IMG/VR virus record: IMGVR_UViG_3300033153_004214
Location: 1 to 64,000 of that record
DNA length: 64,000 nucleotides
From: a virus
Direction: 5' to 3' (one strand)
The position numbers and the translations under genes are program-made. Below are positions 60,048 to 64,000 of this stretch, in pieces (within the stretch, counting starts at the first letter, position 1; the number at the start of each line of letters is the position of its first letter). The notes beneath the pieces were generated by a model that saw only the letters and a list, made by a program, of their open reading frames with translations, was not told the origin of the DNA and did no database searches.

Positions 60048-60554
60048 GTGAAGAGGCTCAAACGACTTGGACTGTTGTTTACGTTTGCGTTTGTCACACT
60101 CCTTGCCCTCCCGCTCGTCGTGTTTGCAGCAGAGGCTGCAGTGGCGGTGGAGGTTCCGTTCGTCTGGTGGAAGTTCCTCACCGCAGTCTTCACGTACTTG
60201 GTCCTGCCCGTCCTTGGCACCGTACTCACGATCTTGGCCACGGCGGCAGCGCACAAGTTGTTGAAGAAGTTTGGCCTCGAAGCAAACAAAGCCACTGACG
60301 ATCTAATTTCGGCGGCTGCAGTAAAGGCCACCGCGTTTGCAGAGGAGTGGGCTGCGAAGCAATTGAAGGCGGGCAACAAACCGCAGTCTGCTGCGAAGCT
60401 GACGCAGGCCGTCACCAAGGCGAGAGAGTTTCTTGAAGGCACCGGCCTCGATAAGATCGCTGAAGCAAAGCTGGTCAGTTACCTTGAGGCCCAACTCAAT
60501 ATCACGAGGCCCATGACCGTGACGGCCCTTGCGGACTCGGACCCTTCTCAATAG
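60048..60554 (+). CDS. Membrane protein, holin-like (LL-H-type architecture)
   Basis: GTG start follows SD aaggagg. It has two N-terminal TM helices (LGLLFTFAFVTLLALPLVVFA; FLTAVFTYLVLPVLGTVLTILATA) and a helical C-terminal domain ending ..VSYLEAQL. Confidence 0.45.
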   Translation: MKRLKRLGLLFTFAFVTLLALPLVVFAAEAAVAVEVPFVWWKFLTAVFTYLVLPVLGTVLTILATAAAHKLLKKFGLEANKATDDLISAAAVKATAFAEEWAAKQLKAGNKPQSAAKLTQAVTKAREFLEGTGLDKIAEAKLVSYLEAQLNITRPMTVTALADSDPSQ

Positions 60555-60643
60555 AGCCGGTCGATCTCCGGCGGGAGGTCCTGCGTTGGATCAAGCAGGG
60601 CCTCCCTCTGCTGTTCAGTGAGGCCGACCGGCTAGATCAGGAG

Positions 60644-60859
60644 TTGGTTAAGCATGCGCAGTATGTCTCGATTGCCGTGCTTCCTGATCTTTTCGCGTGG
60701 GTGTTGGACGGCGCGGACCTGAACAAGAAGCGCACCTTCGTTTTCGTTTGGCGCTTCATGCTGGTCCTGAAGGCGTATTTTCGGAAGAAGCGTAGGTGGA
60801 AACTGACTGAACTCAAGGCCCTGATGGATGAGACGATGCGGGTGTTCAAGGGGGGATGA
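60644..60859 (+). CDS. Hypothetical small protein (weak call)
   Basis: It has a TTG start with no proper SD spacing, one hydrophobic segment, and fills the gap between the holin-like and lipoprotein genes. Confidence 0.25.
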   Translation: MVKHAQYVSIAVLPDLFAWVLDGADLNKKRTFVFVWRFMLVLKAYFRKKRRWKLTELKALMDETMRVFKGG

Positions 60860-60860
60860 C

Positions 60861-61181
60861 ATGCGCGGCATCATTTTGGGCACCATGGTCTTGATTCTGC
60901 TGGGGTGCCCCAAGGATGACGTAGAAGCTACTTACGAGTTCCCTGACGTGTTCACCGGTTTCGTCATCGCCAAGGACAGGGTGAGTGTTCCTGTTGGTTT
61001 TGAGTTGTGGGACACGAAACGTATTACAGGAGATGTGCTCATAGCAGAAGACCTTGTATCGTTTGGTCTGTGCTGGAGGGCCACCAGCCTCTATGAGATC
61101 AAGTTTGGTGCCTTCTACGGATACGACTTTGCTCAGTCTAGGTGGGTGCCGGGAGCGCAGGTGCTTTTCTTGAAATTCTAG
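60861..61181 (+). CDS. Lipoprotein (possible o-spanin or exclusion protein)
   Basis: MRGIILGTMVLILLGC carries the lipobox LLGC. SD aagggggga precedes ATG 60861. Confidence 0.6.
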   Translation: MRGIILGTMVLILLGCPKDDVEATYEFPDVFTGFVIAKDRVSVPVGFELWDTKRITGDVLIAEDLVSFGLCWRATSLYEIKFGAFYGYDFAQSRWVPGAQVLFLKF

Positions 61182-61311
61182 GAAAGAATACCATGGGTTG
61201 GCGTGAACGTATTCGGGCAGAAAAGCGCAAGGACCCAGATCGCCCCCATTGTGCCTTGATGCGCCATCCTCGAAAGCGGAAGCTTCTTCAAGAGAAATTA
61301 CAAATTCTAGC

Positions 61312-61340
61312 TTGACGCATACGGGACTATCGAATAGAGT
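61312..61340 (+). promoter_or_regulatory. Sigma70-type promoter TTGACG-17-TAGAGT
   Basis: It lies in the 178-nt gap before the gene at 61360. The cTTGACgCATACGGG context is nearly identical to the promoter at 37171. Confidence 0.55.
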
Positions 61341-61359
61341 GCATGCGTGAGGGGACGGC

Positions 61360-62022
61360 ATGGCTAAGAAGAAGCGGAAGTCGAACAAGTCATCGGCCAA
61401 GGGCGGCGGTTTCGAGCGGCTGATGTGTCGGGCGTGGTCCAAGTGGTGGACTAACGAGCGGCGCGATGACATCTTCTGGCGTACCTCAGGTTCAGGTTCC
61501 CGGGCAACCACTCGTGGGAAGAAGGGGATCGAGGACAAGTGGAATCATGGGGACATGAAACCTGACGATCCTGAGGGTTTCATGCTCTGTACCCACTGGT
61601 GCTTTGAGTTCAAGAACTACAAGAAGTACGACATCAAGGGGGTTCTTCATCGGGTCAATGAGCACCACGACTGGTTAAAGTGGTGGGCCAAGATCGTCGA
61701 TGAAGCTGCTGCCATTAACAGAGCACCTATTCTTGTGACTAAGCAGAACGCTGGGGTTCCGATCATCTGGTTCCACGAGCGGACGTGGTTCCAGCTTCAG
61801 CAGATCGTAGACCTTCCGTCCGAGGTGCCCATGATTCGTCTGTGCATCACTGAGCGGGATGTCAAGATCAAGTTGAAGCGAAAGAAGAGCAAGAAGAAAC
61901 CGAAGCCTAAGCCCAAGACGATCCACCTGAAGAACCACGAGGTCTTTGGTGTTCCGTTGGATGCGTGGTTCAACTACACTGATCCTGAGGCATGGGACGA
62001 TCTTTTCGAGGAACATCCGTAG
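61360..62022 (+). CDS. PD-(D/E)XK nuclease, Holliday junction resolvase-like, with Lys-rich ends
   Basis: Contains KGGGFERLMCRAW, WRTSGSGS, GDMKPDD and CFEFKNYKK (D...ExK). The N-terminus is MAKKKRKSNK, and the C-terminal region contains KLKRKKSKKKPKPKPK. Confidence 0.5.
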   Translation: MAKKKRKSNKSSAKGGGFERLMCRAWSKWWTNERRDDIFWRTSGSGSRATTRGKKGIEDKWNHGDMKPDDPEGFMLCTHWCFEFKNYKKYDIKGVLHRVNEHHDWLKWWAKIVDEAAAINRAPILVTKQNAGVPIIWFHERTWFQLQQIVDLPSEVPMIRLCITERDVKIKLKRKKSKKKPKPKPKTIHLKNHEVFGVPLDAWFNYTDPEAWDDLFEEHP

Positions 62023-63146
62023 TGAAACGGTACATTGTGATGTTCGCTGATGCTGATTATCTCATTGGTGTAGTGGGTGTTCTTGAGAGTATCCGCTACC
62101 ACCTTGGTGAACGTCCACAGTGTACTGTGCAGGTGTGGTATCAGGAACGGTCTGCGAAGAAGGACCCGGGCAAACAGGAGCCTAAGAAGCTTCCCAATCC
62201 TTCACTTTTCTACTCGAAGGTTACTCGGTTTGGTGATGTTAAGGAGATCATTGAAGAAGCATACCCGTTTGCTCATGTGATTCCCATAGCTTTGGTATCT
62301 CACAACAGTTTGCCGGAGCATGTGTTCTATTTGAAGTCAGCCGTGCTCCGAGAAACTGTAAACACCGTGGGGAAACCGGCATCGATCCTGTACATGGACA
62401 CTGACTGCATGGTCAATGGTCCTCTGGATCAAATGTGGGAATTGATCGAGAGTGGTTTCTTTGTGTTTGCCCCTGATCCGCAGACAGCCCGGGTTATCAA
62501 TCTGCAGAAGGACTGGGAGAAGTTCGCGCGGGAGCCGGTGCTCCCAAGAATGTATGGGTGCGCTGGGCTTCTTGGTTTCACCACGGCTTACTCGAACTTG
62601 ATTCACAAGTGGGAGGCCGTGACTGCCGAGATATCTCAGATGCTCATAGACAACGAGTATGCCGAATCAGTTCGAGGTCCTTTTGGTGCAACTGATCAAG
62701 ATGCGATCAATCTGGTGACCACAGTTGCCTCAGGTCCCCGGAGCTATCGTGTTGTTGCGCCTCGGGACTTGGTGGATTTCCAGCGGAACTTCTATGAGAA
62801 GGGTGAGCCGGGAACAATGGTCAAAGGAGGACCCGTTCGGTTCGAGCGGCGTGCTCCTTGGGGCAACAGAACGACTCGTCCTGCTGTTGTTCACTGCTTC
62901 GACAAGTGGTGGAAGCTCCGCTGCGTTACACCTGTCAGGACTCTTGGCTACTACTATCTGAACAGTAGTCCACTCGTGTCTTCTTTTGAGTATCTTGGCG
63001 ATCCGTTGTCGTTGGGGGACGGCAGTGCAAGGGCTGGCCCAAGAGGAGATACTAATGGAAGGCCGAAAGTTCTACGAGAAAGTTCACAAGTGTCCGGCGC
63101 TGGAATGGCTGGGGGTGATAAGGGGGAAGCACCCGGGGCAGGATGA
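62022..63146 (+). CDS. GT8-like glycosyltransferase
   Basis: Contains YIVMFADADYLIGVVGVLESI and the DxD motif ILYMDTDCMVNGPLDQMWEL. GTG 62022 overlaps the upstream TAG. The low-complexity 3' end overlaps the next gene by 92 nt. Confidence 0.5.
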   Translation: MKRYIVMFADADYLIGVVGVLESIRYHLGERPQCTVQVWYQERSAKKDPGKQEPKKLPNPSLFYSKVTRFGDVKEIIEEAYPFAHVIPIALVSHNSLPEHVFYLKSAVLRETVNTVGKPASILYMDTDCMVNGPLDQMWELIESGFFVFAPDPQTARVINLQKDWEKFAREPVLPRMYGCAGLLGFTTAYSNLIHKWEAVTAEISQMLIDNEYAESVRGPFGATDQDAINLVTTVASGPRSYRVVAPRDLVDFQRNFYEKGEPGTMVKGGPVRFERRAPWGNRTTRPAVVHCFDKWWKLRCVTPVRTLGYYYLNSSPLVSSFEYLGDPLSLGDGSARAGPRGDTNGRPKVLRESSQVSGAGMAGGDKGEAPGAG

Positions 63147-63411
63147 GGTTCTTGTTGTTCACGTGGATTCTGGTATCAAGCATGCGTTGACGATAGCGAC
63201 TGTGCTTGAGACTCCATGGCATGAACTAGAAGCCGTGATGACGGGCAAGCGGACGCCAAAGGTGATGATTCACCTGACAAGGATCGTGGGGTACTACAGC
63301 CGGGTGCAGAACTGGAACCGGTCGAAGCTGGCCGAGTTGGCAGCTAGGCAGAGAGCGGCCAAGCATTATGCGCCGCCCGGGGGTGAGAGGGATGGACGCA
63401 GTAGCACGTGA
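63055..63411 (+). CDS. Small protein with an NrdD-type glycyl-radical C-terminal motif
   Basis: SD aagaggag precedes ATG 63055. HLTRIVGYYSRVQNWNRSKLAELAARQ matches my recollection of the NrdD motif TR[IV]xGY..WNxGKxxExxxR. Confidence 0.45.
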   Translation: MEGRKFYEKVHKCPALEWLGVIRGKHPGQDEVLVVHVDSGIKHALTIATVLETPWHELEAVMTGKRTPKVMIHLTRIVGYYSRVQNWNRSKLAELAARQRAAKHYAPPGGERDGRSST

Positions 63412-63790
63412 CAAGTTGGTATCTCTTGTGTTTGCAATTTCGGAGAAGGTTCCGGTGCTTAAAGTACGGGAGAAGGAAGTACTGGGGCTTTGTAGGCGGT
63501 TTGGCAAAGTTCTCTACCGGGCCGGGATTACAAAAATACCGGTTTCGTCGAAGCGGGATGTTCATGTTTCAAGACGTGGTATTTTCTACCATATACTACC
63601 ACCGGAATGTTCAGAGCGTGAGCTTTCCACTCATGAGTATGCCAAAGTAATCGAGGGGTTAGTGCCTTGCTTGGAAGCGGTAGATAGTAAATTGATTGAT
63701 ACCCAGTCCAAACTCGATACGTGCTGGGAATCGTTGAACGAGTTCTTCAGAAGAATGGAGCAGTTGAATGGACAGCGTGCCAATCAGTGA
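63392..63790 (+). CDS. Hypothetical protein (132 aa)
   Basis: SD gagaggg precedes ATG 63392. No motif was recognised. Confidence 0.4.
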   Translation: MDAVARDKLVSLVFAISEKVPVLKVREKEVLGLCRRFGKVLYRAGITKIPVSSKRDVHVSRRGIFYHILPPECSERELSTHEYAKVIEGLVPCLEAVDSKLIDTQSKLDTCWESLNEFFRRMEQLNGQRANQ

Positions 63791-64000
63791 GGTCGTCAAG
63801 AGGATGACTAAGGTCCACCCGAAGGCCAAGGAGCTTGCTGCCGCTCTTGGCCCGATTGCCAAGGCATGTGAGCAGCTTCGGGAAGTTGAGGACCTTCCGA
63901 GTCTCTTTTCCGTGATCGAAGGTTTCGACCTGCTCGAAAAGCTTTCCAACGCGGTGGAAGTCACAGGTGCGCTCTATGAAGAGGTGGCTCCGAAGAAGCC
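63768..64000 (+). CDS. Hypothetical protein, 5' part (runs off the window)
   Basis: ATG 63768 opens a frame (MDSVPISEVVKRMTKVHPKAKELAAALGPIAKACEQLREVEDL...) that has no stop before nt 64000. Confidence 0.4.
   Translation, partial: MDSVPISEVVKRMTKVHPKAKELAAALGPIAKACEQLREVEDLPSLFSVIEGFDLLEKLSNAVEVTGALYEEVAPKK

Noticed and set aside
60632-60913. 93-aa minus-strand ORF between the holin-like and lipoprotein genes.
   Set aside because: It has no SD, its sequence is not protein-like, and it overlaps the well-supported lipoprotein start (lipobox LLGC) on the + strand.

Overview
This window looks like a 64-kb segment of a large contractile-tail (myovirus-type) dsDNA phage or prophage. Every credible gene is on the + strand, the standard genetic code fits, and most starts have G-rich Shine-Dalgarno sites (GGGGGAC-N3-4-ATG).

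Gene order:
- 1-4560: fibre-like proteins and a four-domain methyltransferase/GT9/GT2/TPR fusion.
- 4714-16114: P2/T4-like tail and baseplate block (sheath, a free-standing LAGLIDADG homing endonuclease, tube, chaperone with a candidate frameshift, tape measure, tube-like protein, LysM gpX-like, gpD-like, spike, gpW/gp25-like, gpJ-like).
- 16115-18274: collagen-like beta-helix fibre.
- 18700-26874: a promoter-led module with two gpI-like proteins carrying extreme (C-E/Q-x-x)n cysteine-ladder C-termini, a radical SAM/SPASM enzyme split by an intein inside its CX3CX2C motif, two GT9 glycosyltransferases with a shared Cys4 motif, and a GT-A enzyme. I rank this as the best candidate for an undescribed system (modification of a virion protein).
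- 27000-32733: replication genes (SF2 helicase, DnaB-like helicase with intein, primase) followed by an HTH regulator.
- 32785-40742: early-type region with three promoters that carry a TTGCA-N5-TGCAA operator, a high-GC island, two HNH homing endonucleases, and an operon that combines a GHKL ATPase with a Spo11/Topo VI-A-like gene interrupted by an in-frame TGA.
- 40763-52808: unknown protein, UDG-PolA fusion, UvsY-like/gp32-like/RecA-like trio with Lys/Ala/Pro-rich tails, FEN, Mre11/SbcD-like, Rad50/SbcC-like with a mini-intein.
- 52831-59596: sigma-like and Mor-like regulators, a possible small terminase, large terminase with a class-3-like intein, portal.
- 59586-64000: HU-like protein, holin-like protein, lipoprotein, resolvase-like nuclease, GT8-like enzyme, and a small NrdD-type glycyl-radical-like protein.

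No rRNA, tRNA or CRISPR array was found. All assignments come from motif recognition by eye; no database search was run.
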